Below, piece by piece: positions 18,567 through 30,378 of a DNA stretch of 64,000 bases. The position numbers and the translations under genes are program-made. The DNA comes from Microbotryum violaceum (lineage: Eukaryota), in contig CDLV01000004.1 of the NCBI GenBank assembly GCA_001244265.2, forward strand, positions 1,674,001 to 1,738,000, given 5' to 3'. The notes beneath the pieces were generated by a model that had not been told where the DNA came from, ran no database searches, and saw only the letters and a list, made by a program, of their open reading frames with translations. Within the stretch, counting starts at the first letter, position 1. Every line of letters begins with the position of its first letter.

Positions 18567-20279
18567 GACCGGGTTTTGACGATCACCGATCGACTGTCAG
18601 GATATGTCCACCTCCTCCCTGCGCGCGAAGCTGACACAGCGGCAGATGTTGCCAACCGCTTTCATGAGGGGTGGCATCGTTTTTTTGGCCTGCCCCAACG
18701 CATTGTCTCGGATCGTGACAAATTGTTCACGAGCAAATTCTGGTCCGCCCTGCACAAGCGTCTGAACATCAAGCTGCAACTTTCCTCGGTGTTCCACCCC
18801 GAGACTAACGGGCGCAGCGAGAAGACGAACAAAACCGCATTCCAGATCCTCTGCTTGCTTGTTAACAGGGAACAATCCAATTGGGTTGAATGTCTCACCG
18901 CTTGTGAGTATGCCATCAACTCTCCGGTCAACTTTTTGACGGGGAAGACCCCATTTGAGCTTGTCCTGGGGTACACACCCACCCTCGCCCCGCTTGCCCC
19001 TATGGATGGCGACGAGGAGCTCCCATCGAGCTGCTCGCACTTTGCTTCCAGTCATGCGAGGAGGCACGAGACCAACTCGCTGTGTCCAAAGTTTGTCAAG
19101 CCACCCAAGCCAACAAGGACCGCGCAGACGAACCTTCATGGGCCGTCGGGGACTTTGTCCTGCTTGACTCAAGTGACCGTAGGAAGTGACTTCACACCCG
19201 CAAGCGCCGCGCAGCCAAGCTCATGGACCGTTTCGCCGGCCCTTATCGCATTGTTGTGGCGCAGCCAGGGATCTCCACGTATACCTTTCAACTCAACAAG
19301 GACAATTCTGCAGTTCCGTTCTTCCACACGGGCAAGCTCAAGGCCTACCGCTCAAATGATTCAGAATTATCCCCAAGCCAAGAACCCGCTGTGGTACTCG
19401 GGATCCCGTCGCGTGCAGCAAAGTCGGAAATGAGATGGGACTCCCGATCTCGTCGGCTGAATCAGAGTACTCGGGTCACGCGGGCGACGGCTAATTCGAT
19501 GGTCTCGGGGATCGGGCTGGAGTCGCCTAGTCGGGAAGTGCAGATTCGGCTAACTCGGCCTAGCGCCACATGAGCGGATAAAAGTTCAGGACGAAGTATG
19601 GCGTGATCGGAGGGCCGAGTGTCGGAAAAGAGGAGGAAGCTGGCCCGGAGGGATTGGAGTGTCCTGGCGTCGGAGGGGAGTTTGCTTCTTGTTTTTAGAG
19701 AGACCACTTCTAGGATCCAATTCAGCATCTTAGCTGGTTCTCACTTTCTGCGTGTTTTGTTCTCGTACTCGGTCTCGTTTTCTCTTGTCATTTCATATCA
19801 TCTTTGATCGACCGCTTTGCTATACCATACCGCGCGCCCGGGACCGGTGGACGTAGGTGGAGAACCTGAGTGGGTCATCGAGGACATCGTTGATGAAAGG
19901 ATCCGAGTGGGGAAGACTCAATATTTGGTCTCGTGGGTTTCATGGCCGTCGGATAGCGATTCATGGGAGCCGGCCGAGGCACTGGAGGACACGGAGGCAT
20001 TGGAACAAGGAATGAGAGTGTTTTTTCAGAGGGGAGCCTTGTGTCAAGGAGGAGAGAGTGTAAGGCAAGGCCTTACGACGGGCCACAGGCATTAGAAAAA
20101 GAGATTGCGCGTGCCTCATCGAGCTGACACCAGAAGCTAGGTGAGTACTGATGTTCCCTATCTCAGCACTATCGTATCTCATCGAGCTGACACCAGAAAC
20201 CAGTTGTAATCCATATAACTTGCACCTGTCATCTTCGGTCACCAGTGAGGCTCCGCTGTCCGAGACAGCGTGCCTTTCA
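18567..20279 (+). mobile_element. 3' part of a second chromoviral Gypsy element (integrase core, chromodomain, probable 3' LTR from 20059)
   Basis: [10 protein letters not shown]...IVSDRDKLFTS...FHPETNGRSE integrase and WVIEDIVDERIRVGKTQYLVSW...DSWEP chromodomain. A purine run AGGAGGAGAGAG precedes TGTAAGG. The LTR end is approximate. Confidence 0.8.
19390..19829. mobile_element. Solo LTR (440 bp) inserted between the integrase and the chromodomain
   Basis: TGTGGTA...TACCATA ends with a 4-bp TSD CCGC. Excision restores QEPARPG in frame. Confidence 0.8.
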
Positions 20280-20319
20280 ATGGCTTCATCTCGTCACCCT
20301 CCGCTTCCCAAGACGTTCG

Positions 20320-21560
20320 CGGAAGATTGCGGCTATACGTGCTCCAATGTCGATGCTTGTCTCTACTTCAAGTATCACAGCAAGTTGTTCGCGATCATCA
20401 CTTTGTCTGTTCATGATGGGCTTGCTGCATTGAACAACCAGGCTTTTCTGGACTCCGAGATTTCGGCTTTCGATGCGGTCTACAAGCTCAAGCGACTTGG
20501 CCCGGTCAAGACGTTCCTCGGTCTCGAGTTTCTTTGTACCAAGGATTTCATCTTTGTCCACCAATCCAAGTACATTCGAGGCTTACTTTAACACTACACT
20601 TTCGAAAGCAAGTTGAAGAAGCCGGTCGCAACTCCAATGGAGGATCGCGTTGTTTCGTCTTCTAGTGCTCCGTTCTCCGACATTCTCGTCTACCAATCGC
20701 CTGTGGAAGCACTACAATATGCTGCGCAACGTGTTCGTCCCGATATTGCGACTGCTGTTCGTGCGGTGGCGAAGTGCGTGGCTGCTCCAACCGAAGGAGA
20801 CTGGATCTGTGTCAAGCGAATCTTTCGCTATCTTTCTGACACCGTCGACTATGGGCTACTCTACCGAGTTCGAGGTGTACAGTGACGCGTCGTTTGGTTG
20901 CAATCACGACAACGGCAGATCTGTGGGAGCGTATGTCGTTATTATGGCTGGCGCTGCCATTTCCTGGAAGCGAAGCAGCAAACGCTGGTCGCTTCTTCTA
21001 CAGCAGAGTCTGAGACTCTGGCTGCCCAACCGCAGCAAAGGAGGCTATCGGTCTTCGCAACCTGGCGTCCGAACTTCGCATCAATCAAGGTCAATCTACT
21101 GTTCTGCACGAGGACAACCAACCTTGCATCGATTTGGCGAAGAATCCCGGACCTCGAGGTCGTACACGCCATTGGAATGTGCCTTTTTTTTATCTACGCG
21201 AACGAATCGAGGTTGGCGATATCGATCTCCGCTACTGTCCGACCAATCTGAACACGGCCAACATTTTCACAAAACCCCTATCCAAACTCAAGTTCGCTAC
21301 GCATCGCGAGGGACTTGGGATGGTCTCGCTGGCCACCTTGGCATGTGGGAGTGTCATTTGATATGTGTCTGTGCCTGTGGTATCTGCGCGGATGCGCGTG
21401 CGTTTAGTCATTAGTCACTTTGGTATTGGAGTTTGATCTGTTTATGTTAGGGAGCGCGCGGGGCTTTCTTCCCGCTCGGCTGTTTACTCTTGGTAGCTTT
21501 CTCATCACTCGCTCTACATTGTGGTCCTGACTTCTCGGTGTTGTGCACCCTCACCTATCG
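20320..21560 (+). mobile_element. Copia RT/RNase H fragment with PPT and start of the 3' LTR (21352)
   Basis: VDACLYFK...[17 protein letters not shown]...FYLRERIE...ANIFTKPL, then GTGGGAG|TGTCA. Stop codons and frameshifts are present. Confidence 0.85.
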
Positions 21561-22510
21561 GAAGGCTTTACTTCCGCGCTCGCATCTTTTCTGCGATACT
21601 TCCATGTAACCGTTGACAATGTTGATTTCACACATCACGTCAACGATCAGCAACTGGATCGACGAACCAAGCTGCTTCATGGAACTTTTGGTTACTTCCA
21701 CCTTCAGAACGGAGATATTGCCGGCGCTTACAACCTTCGAGCCTACTCTGCACATCAAGCATCTTTACCGCAAGTAATCTCCAGCATCTCCTCCCAACTC
21801 CCCAATCCGACTCGTCATTTACAACCGGGCTCAAAGTTCAGAAATATCGAGTGCTTGCTCAACTGGTTCCTCATCTTGGCCTCAGTCTCCGCGGTCCTCA
21901 ATGCACACCACCCCCTGTCCTTGTCATAGACGGGCAACTTGACGCGCTCTTGAAAGAACTCCTTCAAGATCAACTTTGCCCAATCTGCATTGTTGATATG
22001 CATTTCAGGAGATTTGACATGCAGCAAACAGGAAGGCAAATCAACACATGTGTACTTCACTCAACCCAAACAGGAGGTCAACCAGCACATATGATCAGAA
22101 TGAAGGAGATCGTGTGATTGGGGTCGTCCAACTGCCTGTACAGCTCGTCGTCTCTCCAGGGCGCCTCAGATACCACAACCGCTTTCTTTCCCTTTCGATT
22201 GAGATTGGCAGCCTGAAAGAAGCACATCAGCAAAATGGCCAAACGCGCGTAAGCGCGCGAAACCTCATAAAGCAGTCGTTAAGCGGCCTAGAGCTGCTCT
22301 TAAGCGCCCTTAACCACTCGTTAAGCCGCGCGCGCGTTAAGTGTCGCTTAAGTGTACCCTAGATAAGGGACTCTTACGGCGCACTTACGGCGCGCTTTGT
22401 CTGCAAAGCGGTCCGTAAGCCCTCTTATGCGCGTATGCGTCCTTATGCACATCTTATGCACCGTTAAGCGTTGTTAAGCGCGCGTAATCTCGGGCGAATC
22501 CTTAAGCGGG
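21560..22510 (-). mobile_element. Remnant of a CMC/Plavaka-like DNA transposon with a CCC terminus and TTAAG-rich subterminal repeats
   Basis: The minus-strand end CCCGCTTAAGG is at 22510, and 22249-22510 is dense in TTAAG/CTTA(T/C)G motifs. Decayed peptides HDLLHSDHM and NQKFH...QRLH resemble Plavaka DxLH and KLH...ERLH motifs. Confidence 0.4.
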
Positions 22511-22559
22511 TTTGCGTGCATGGCCCTTTTGCTGATGCATGTGACTGCGGAAATCAGCA

Positions 22560-22860
22560 CGGATGTTGGTGCAGCAAGCCCAGTCGACAGAAAAACTCAC
22601 CGGATGATTGCTCAGTGCATTTAGTGGACTAACAACAATGCTGACGGCCCGGCGTCCATAAATAAGATACACGGCTTCGAAAATAACACTTTTGCCTGAA
22701 CGTTGGTGCTGTGACAAACACAGCATCATATCGATCCCGGTTCCCAAATTGGTCGAGTTTGAAAAGTACAGCAATGGCCTCGATCTGCACGGGCCGAGGG
22801 TAGGTCCTCCGAGTCGTCAAGACTTTCGCCCAGAATAATTTTGACCTTCTTGCGTCATTC
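22560..22860 (-). pseudogene. RecQ-like SF2 helicase N-terminal fragment
   Basis: PRPVQIEAI (Q motif), FVTAPT/SGKSVIF (Walker A, frameshifted) and SIVVSPLNAL (motif Ia). Truncated downstream. Confidence 0.7.
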
Positions 22861-23345
22861 GCTGGAGTCTCGTCGGTCCTCGTGAGTCAAACGTGGCCTC
22901 CAGTGACCGAGAACGGGCCGGCCGGCAGGAAGGTCGGTTGTCGGATTGGTTGAATGATTTGGTGCTGAGGTCGTAGAACTGGCCCTTGAAGCTGACATCG
23001 GCACATACTTCAAGTTGGAAGCGACAGCAAGTCGACAGGTGGACAAGACGGGGACAAAGTGATGCAAGCTCACATTCACGGTCGCCAGTTGGTGGGTTGA
23101 AGCTGAGGCACTCACAGTGAGTCAGTGACACAGTCTCACGTGCAGTGCTTCAAGACTCGGGGGGTGGGGCGACGGTCTCGCCGTCTCCGAGATTGATGTC
23201 CGACACTGGGTATGGAGAGCCGATGGTACTGGAGATGCTGGCCGAGCTGGCGGAGCTGTAGGGGCTGGCGGTCCTGTTGGTGCCGGTTACTGGCGGTCTT
23301 GGTGCCAGTGCTAGTGCTCTTGGTGCCGCTGATGCGGGTGCGAAT

Positions 23346-25506
23346 CATAGCAAAAAAGGCGGATATTTTGAGGATGGTTTTGGGACGGGGTCGGGACGGC
23401 CGTGGGATGGCCGAGGGATGGTTGCCATCCTGGGATGACCGTGGACGATCACGGCGCACTACTAGAGTTGGGCGCCCCAACTCTGCGACCATCCCGGGAC
23501 CATCCCAGGATCGGCGCGGGTCCCGGGATGGTCCCCGGACGGTCCAGGAATTGACGGTGGTCTGGGCACGCTGCTGGGACGCCGCCGGGATAGTCCTGGG
23601 TCCCGGGATGATCCCGAGATGGTGCCAGGATAGTTGTGGGATCGATTAGTGAACAATTTGATTTTTACTTATGCATACTCGTAATGCTTGATTCATTTGT
23701 AATCACTTTTGCGGTCGTTCTCTCGCTGTAATCGGGTGCGGTTTTCACATGTAATATAGTGCAAGGCTAAACAAAAAACGTAATATTGCTCTAGACTCGC
23801 ATACACGGCACCTACCGGACGTGGTGGCTGCGCCCGATGAAGGCCAACGCTTCATTCTGTCTGGGGCCAATAGAGCGTGTCAACGGCCTGCTCTATGTTC
23901 GAGACTTTAGTACTAATAGCTAGCAAGTAGCCGAGAGAGAGCGATTAACCCAGAACTGCTGCTATGGTAAGCTGTCGGGGACATTGTCAGTGAACCGCGA
24001 GCGAGTCAGCTAAGCCCCTGACTCCAAGGCTCTGATGCCGAAAAGCGACCGAGCGGCTCGAAGATGAACCGGCGGTGACCCACGTTGGGCTATGAAATGC
24101 ATTTGTATGATTGGTATTCTGTACGAAACTAGTTGATGGTCAGTGTATGGCCTTGAGCCGTCAACAGCCTGGCGGAGGCGTAGGAGGCTCACTATGGTGT
24201 CCAAACGAATCTAACTACGACAGAGATGGAGAATCGACAAACCTCAGCACGAACATCAGCAAAGCTGGAATTGACAAAAGGAGGGAAGAAGAGCTTCAAA
24301 CGAGGTCGGAGGTGTGGGACGAGAGGGAGAGACTAACCCGAATCGGCACAGGGGCTAGCCAGTCGGCCCATCTGGGGAAGGAACGTAAAGCCCACCAGAG
24401 AGCGAGTCAGCTAGGCAAAGTATTGCGGTCATGGATCGAAGATTCGATAAGTGGAGAGTGGGGCATATCACACATTGTACAGTCAAGAGTCGAATGGCAA
24501 CGGGCGGGAGTGCGTAGACAGGAGAAGTCCCGCCCGTTGAGACGGGAGAACCGTGCACAACAAGGGTGACGACGCTCCGCACGGTGAGTCGGGCAGCCCG
24601 TGAGGACCTTGTCGTTTGCTACTCACCTGATGTATCGATTGTTCAACCCGTACCTGTGGGCTTGAAGAGTGGTGGATAGCCAAGTGAGGGTAGTAGCAGC
24701 ATGCAGGCGAGGTCAAGTCGAGTCAGGTCGACCGTGAACGTGGCCCGTCGGTCGCACCATCAAATCGCCCGTACCAAACATGCCCATGGGCAATAGAGTA
24801 CGAAGGCAAGAACAGTCCTTCATCATGAGTCAAGGCTAACCGGTGAGTAGGGGTCAGCGGACGTCGCCTCGCCGATGATGACTGGGGACCCTCTTGCAAC
24901 TGGGTGAGCGAGCGCGTGAGTGGAGCAGAGGCAAGGACTGTTAAGACCGGCTCTCGTCGGCTGTCTTGTCGTGTCTCGGCCTTTCTCCTCCTTTCTCGGC
25001 TCGCCCCTGCTCATGCTGGACCCAACCTCGCCTCAACTACGGCCGTCGTAATTCACGGCAATTGCAATCCATATCTTTCATCTGTACTGCGCTTGCATAC
25101 CGAGCCGTCCTTTGGACCCGAGGGGTAGAATTTCTGCACATGCTATACAAGCCCTACATCATGCCTCTGACTAGCCGGAAGCCTATGTATCCTGGTACAC
25201 TGTCAGCACCATCCCGGAATTACCTCCTACTCCCAGTACCATGGACGATTCCGCCAGAGTTCCAGAACCATATCCGGACTGGCAACCTAGCGCCGCTGGG
25301 ACCGTCCCGAGATCATTCCAGCGTCCGACTTTCGATTCTGAAACCGTCCTGAAATTCCTTCCCGATCCTGGGATGGTCCCAAGAGGGCGAGCGCGTGCCG
25401 TAATCGTCCTAGAATTGAGCGCCGAGCGCCGGGATGGCGCCGGGATCGTCTCGGCAAAGCGCGCACTCCCAAAGCCATACCCGAAATACCCCCGTTTTTT
25501 GCTATG
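23346..25506. mobile_element. Non-autonomous TIR element (~2.16 kb), possibly hAT-derived
   Basis: Imperfect ~40-bp TIRs CATAGCAAAAAA.../...TTTTTTGCTATG, with GGGAT/ATCCC subterminal repeats at both ends. The flanking 8-mers GTGCGAAT and ATGCGTCT match at 5 of 8 positions. Confidence 0.65.
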
Positions 25507-25932
25507 ATGCGTCTGGTGGTGGACCGGGCCCGCATGACCTAGTACTAGCCTCTTTCGGTCGCGAACTCTACAGGAGTTTCCAAGCGGGAGCATCGGACTA
25601 CCACAAGAAGTCTTTCAGTTCCAACAACGTCACCACGTCCCACACCCGTGCCAGTTAATTTCTGCCTATGCGGACTCGCCGGTCACCGTCTCGTCGGAGT
25701 TGTTTGACATCGCGTCCAACGCGGCGACCAGAAGCGATACCATTAAGCCTGTTCACACCTGGAGCCAGCATCAAATCTCGGCATCGTTTGCGGATTGACG
25801 TTCTTGAACCACCCACCCATTCGTCCCAGCCACAAATTCAACTCGGATGTCTTCACTCGTTCCTCGTCCGGAGCCTCGTATCACAAATTTTCCAATCGCC
25901 AGTGAGTTTATTCGCAATTCGCGCACCTTTGA

Positions 25933-26293
25933 TACGGCCATGTTCGGCTTCACTTCCATCACACAGCCATGTTCGGTTCTACTTCTATCGTACAGCCACG
26001 TTCGGCTTTATTTCGTATGGCCATGTTCGGCTTCACGTCTATGATATAGCCATGTTCGGTTTTACTTTGTATGGCCATGTTCGGCTTTATTTCGTATGGC
26101 CATGTTCGGCTTTACTTCGTATGACCACGTTCGGTTTTACTCCTTATAGCCATGTTCGGCTTTACTTCCGTCACACAGCCATGTTCGGCTCTACTTCTAT
26201 CTTACAGCCATATTGGCTGTACTTCTATCATCTGGCCATATTGGCTTGACTTCTATCGTCCGGCCATGTTGGCTTTACTTCTATCATACGGCC
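25933..26293. repeat. Minisatellite, ~13 copies of a 25-29 bp unit
   Basis: Core GCCATGTTCGGCTTTACTTC repeated head to tail with no unique spacers. Confidence 0.92.
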
Positions 26294-26399
26294 GGATCCG
26301 TCCGCGAATGTGGTCGCTTTCTCAAAGCCCCCTCATTGGCCCCGTATGTTTCGGTGCCGACGTTTTCCACGCATCCAGTGTCACCCGCCCAGGTCTTAG

Positions 26400-27165
26400 C
26401 TGGGCATTCCACACGGACACTTCTTTTTCGACATATATACTACGGACCCTTCTCAACGGGACACTAGTTTTCCTGTTCATATGGTTACAAATGCCTCTTC
26501 CGAGTCAGCGAGAGCCCCTAGGTCGGGGTTGGATAAGCTCCCCGCTCTCCGTTCCATCATAGTTTACGTGCCGCATTGACCGATGTCGTTATCCCCCGCA
26601 ACTTTAATCGATGGCAATCGGCCATGAATCGCCTTTGCGTACACTGTGGCGATACTCCTTTCAAGCAAGTCGCTTTGATCCCGACCCAGATTCGCGCGGG
26701 TTTCGACTTCGGCCTCCGTCACCTTCCCAGGGAACCTTTTGCTCCGAGCAACCACGTTTCGGACGATAACGACGCATCGCGTGAGGTAACGGCTAGCGAA
26801 GTTCCCCGTTTCTCCATGCAAGGGTCGCATCGCGGAGCTTTTTGACTACGACTGCCTTCGCCTTCAAGTCGGCTCTCTCCGCTCGAATCCGCTGTCGGTG
26901 ATCAGGAACGCCGCGCACCCGGTCAATCGCGAACGCGTCTCCGGTAATGTGGAACATAGGATCTGAGGATCGCCCAGAAACTCGCTTGGTTTGTGCTAGG
27001 GGGCGAGCTCTCCCTTCGACCCCCTGTTTCCCCCCTTTCGGCCTCGCTCGCGGCGGCGCAATCTACGCCGGTTGGGTCGCCGGTTTCTTCGCGGGGCCTT
27101 GTCGTGGGGAGATTCGCCCCCAAGCCCAGACCAAGCAATAAGAGACTGACGAGCGTGTAATCCAA
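26400..27165 (-). pseudogene. Highly degenerate Helitron (PIF1-like helicase) C-terminal remnant
   Basis: Collinear decayed motifs LLLGLGLGANLP (cf. GDFRQxLP), ASFWAIL...RRRV (cf. SxLW...NMR), SIATVYAKAIH (cf. PxxxAFAMTIH) and RSIYVEKEV (cf. NIVYxEV). Confidence 0.35.
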
Positions 27166-28779
27166 CCGTCAATTAATGACATATGATAGTAGCCGTAATG
27201 CTAGATGTACGTACCTGACGAGCGTGTAATCCAACCGTGGAGAGAAGACAACGGTTGGTGCGCATCGCCAGGCTTCATTAAACAAACGCGCGCTTCTAAT
27301 CAAAGAACCGATAGCCGCCTTCTTGCTAATCCTCATTCACAACACACCAAGTCAAGCCATTTATTATGTATTCACTATTTATATTCATCAACAGAGTTCG
27401 GCACAAATGACGTTCAGTCGGAGACTGCTCGTCGTATTACGGCCAACTTGGCCGACACGAGACGCTCGACGAGCGACGAAGCGCCAGTTGTTGAGTCTCT
27501 GCCCGATCTCGTCTACCAGGCGCAAGCGGCGTGCACGCCGCCCGGGTGCCAAGCTGTAATTTTAGTGATCGCTGGGAAAGCGAGATCTTTAGGAGATCTT
27601 TAGCGTCGAGATTCTGAGCCCGCCGACCTCGAAATTTGGCAGACAGTCACCTGGCGGGTTGCAACTTGCGATCGTAGTCTCTCAACGCGGTGTAAATTCA
27701 AGGTCAGGTCTCGGGACAAAGAAGATTGAGGGTGACATGCAAAGATGTACTCGCTCCTTGCTGTCACGCGAACGTTCGGCCGCTTGAAGAAGCCTGGCCT
27801 GGATCCGACTCGGACCTGGGAGCTTCGCCGCGCTCCACGGCGCTTCAAAAGCAGAGAGTGCTTATACGTACTATTTGCAGCTCTGAGCTGAAAGTCTTGC
27901 GTCCGGATTTAAACATCGCCCAGAGTTAGGGAAAAATGTTTGCGACGAATTAAGCCGCCACTTGAAGGCCGTGCTGGAGCGCTGCTGCCATCGAGTGGCA
28001 GTGGATCGCAGACGGTCACGATGACCGTTTCTGGCTCCACTGCGCAGGTGCACTCTGTGCAAAGGTTGTATCACTCACCGCCGACTGAGTCGACATGACA
28101 GGCCGTAGGCGTATCCGCGGAAAGTTGAAGCATTGCTGGGAGCAGAGACGGTCATTTGCAACTGAGAAGTGTTCTCATAACCGAAGGTCGCAGGTGCAAA
28201 AATTCCCTGCTCGCGACGAAAGACGGGCAACTTAAACGACACCAAAAGAACCGGTTTGTATTCCAAACAAGAATCCCTTGGAGCACACAAGATGGAAGTT
28301 TGGCCCTCGACCCGGGCCACCGTGATTTGGGGCGGCCCGGATCAAGGGAATCCTTTTTCGTGTTTGCATCGAAAAAGGAAGCAAGAAGATGGGCCAGGCT
28401 TTTGACCCATCGCAAAACACCGCCGTCTTCATACATTCACCACCCAGTGTCCATCGACGGACACACACAAGCACACACGCGACAAATACGCCCAGCACAT
28501 TCTATGATTCGATGTCGCTGATGTCAATCCAAGCTCAGGCGAGGTTCACCAACCAAGGCGACCGCCTACTTGAGCACGAGATGACGACCGGATCGAACCA
28601 CCATATAGACCGAGGGAAGAGAGATTGGGAGAGGGGTTAGGGGGGGAAAGAGTGGGGAAGGGGAGGAGGGAAGAGATTTTGAGACAAGGAAGGAGCGGGA
28701 AGCGGAAAGAAGAAATGCAAATGGGAACGAGGGAACAGAGGGGGTAGACATGTCGATTCCTTTTGGTTGGAGAAGCGAT

Positions 28780-30287
28780 TTACATCTGTAGGATCGAGAG
28801 CATACGTTTAGGGGCGTCAATGATCCGTGCTACTGACTGTGAGACCCGCTGAACCGGGAAAGAAGACGAACCTTGGGGGCCTCCTTGAAGGCGATGGCCT
28901 GCTCCTGGCCCATGGCGGCGATGATCGTGACGAGGAGCTGATAGGACGTCACGAGACGAGAAAGCATAAGTATCGGCACACGACAAGCGGTCAAGCGTCT
29001 GTCCATGGCCTGCTTGTCACTCACATCGGTTCCGTCATCGAAGGCGGCTTGGATCTGGTCGCCGATCTCGGACTCGGGGAGACGGACGTCGTCCTTGGCG
29101 GTACCGTCGGTGGTCATCAAGTTGAGGAAACCGTCATCGACTGTGTTCAGAAAGAATCAATCGTGTTCGTGAGCAAGATTTACGATCAGTGCACAAGGGA
29201 CGAGGCGTGCGACAACGCACTGTTGATGAGCTGGTATTCCATACGAGTGACCTTCGGAACGTCCATGTTGTGGGTCGAGGGCGAGATATCTTCAAGCTTC
29301 TTGCCGGTGAAGATGTCGGTGGCGATCAAGTGGACTTTAGCGTGTCCGTGCTTGCCGGTCTTGGAGGTTGACATGTCAATGATCTACAAAAAGGCATCCA
29401 ACGAGGTGCGAGGTGACGGAACAAAGGACGGGATGGAAGTGTGGGTGCAGCACGGGTCAGCAGTGATACGAGTTCGGGGAGAAGAGCAGTGTCTGTCGAA
29501 GATGCCGTTCGCTTTGGCGTGACGGCAAAGTGAAGAAGAGAGCCAGCGGTGGGAACCAGGGTGCGGGCTGATGGACGTGCGCTCGTAGCGAAGTCCGGTT
29601 CTTGGCCGCGTTTTCGGACCAGTCTGGCCGAGCCACTTCGGGGGTCCACACAACTGATGCTACGACCCAAATATACGACCACGCTGATGTGTACACCCGC
29701 AACAGTGACAGACGAGGACGATGCAGAAAGTTAAGGACAATGAAGAAGCTATCCACTGACCTTGCAGGCCTTGTTCTTCATGACGACGTATCCACCCTTG
29801 CGGAGCGCAGAGCACTGCATGGGGTAGGTCAACGAGGCACCAGCGTTGGCCGATTCGAAGGTGGTCTCCTCATGCTCCTGGTCCCTGGTTTGCTGTTGGT
29901 TTCAAAGAGGCAATAACCAATATTCCGAGTCGAGGTGAGGAGAGTGATGCAGGTGTCGATTAGCGAGAGGGCGAGGGAGACCCGGGAGGATGTCAGTCGA
30001 CGACCGGCCGTTCGTTTCCGAGGATGGGCAGGCAGTATCGCAGTAGGCGAGCGGCCAGCACCAAGTCAGCGCGGGCAGGCGGCGGGGGCGAGGGCCAGAG
30101 CGAGGTGAGTGTCGTCGCCGGGCGCGGATTGGGCGTCAGGGAAAAAAAAGGGCGATCGCGACGGAGAAGCGACGAACGAGCATCACAGCAACGACCGACA
30201 GAGAAGAGAGTACATTCGAGTCAGCAACATGGTTCTGGTCGCGTGTGGCACTATCTTGCTCGCCGCGCTTACCTCGGTGTCAGACAT
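28780..30287 (-). CDS. HYP2: Translation factor eIF5A, 6 exons (30287-30273, 29877-29761, 29383-29221, 29140-29025, 28937-28872, 28785-28780), 160 aa
   Basis: Spliced [37 protein letters not shown]...[14 protein letters not shown] (hypusine motif)...FKEAPKM*. All five introns are GT-AG and the frame is maintained. Confidence 0.97.
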
Positions 30288-30378
30288 GATGGCAGGGAAT
30301 GAGGTGGTTGGTGTGGAAGGCAGAGGAACCGCAAGCGCAAGCCTGGCCTAGTACGCGAGACGCGCGGCTCCGCCTGAT

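Noticed and set aside
25933-26293. CRISPR-like array
   Set aside because: There are no unique spacers, the units are contiguous, no cas genes are present and the context is eukaryotic.
27200-28520. Host gene between the Helitron-like remnant and eIF5A
   Set aside because: Only short ORFs with no recognisable domain are present. It may be further decayed Helitron sequence, but I cannot support that.
28827-29522. 231-aa + strand ORF
   Set aside because: It is antisense to the eIF5A exons.
30130-30190. Box C/D snoRNA in eIF5A intron 1 (GTGATGC...CTGA on the minus strand)
   Set aside because: Box C is imperfect, the span is short, and no terminal stem or recognisable rRNA guide was seen.
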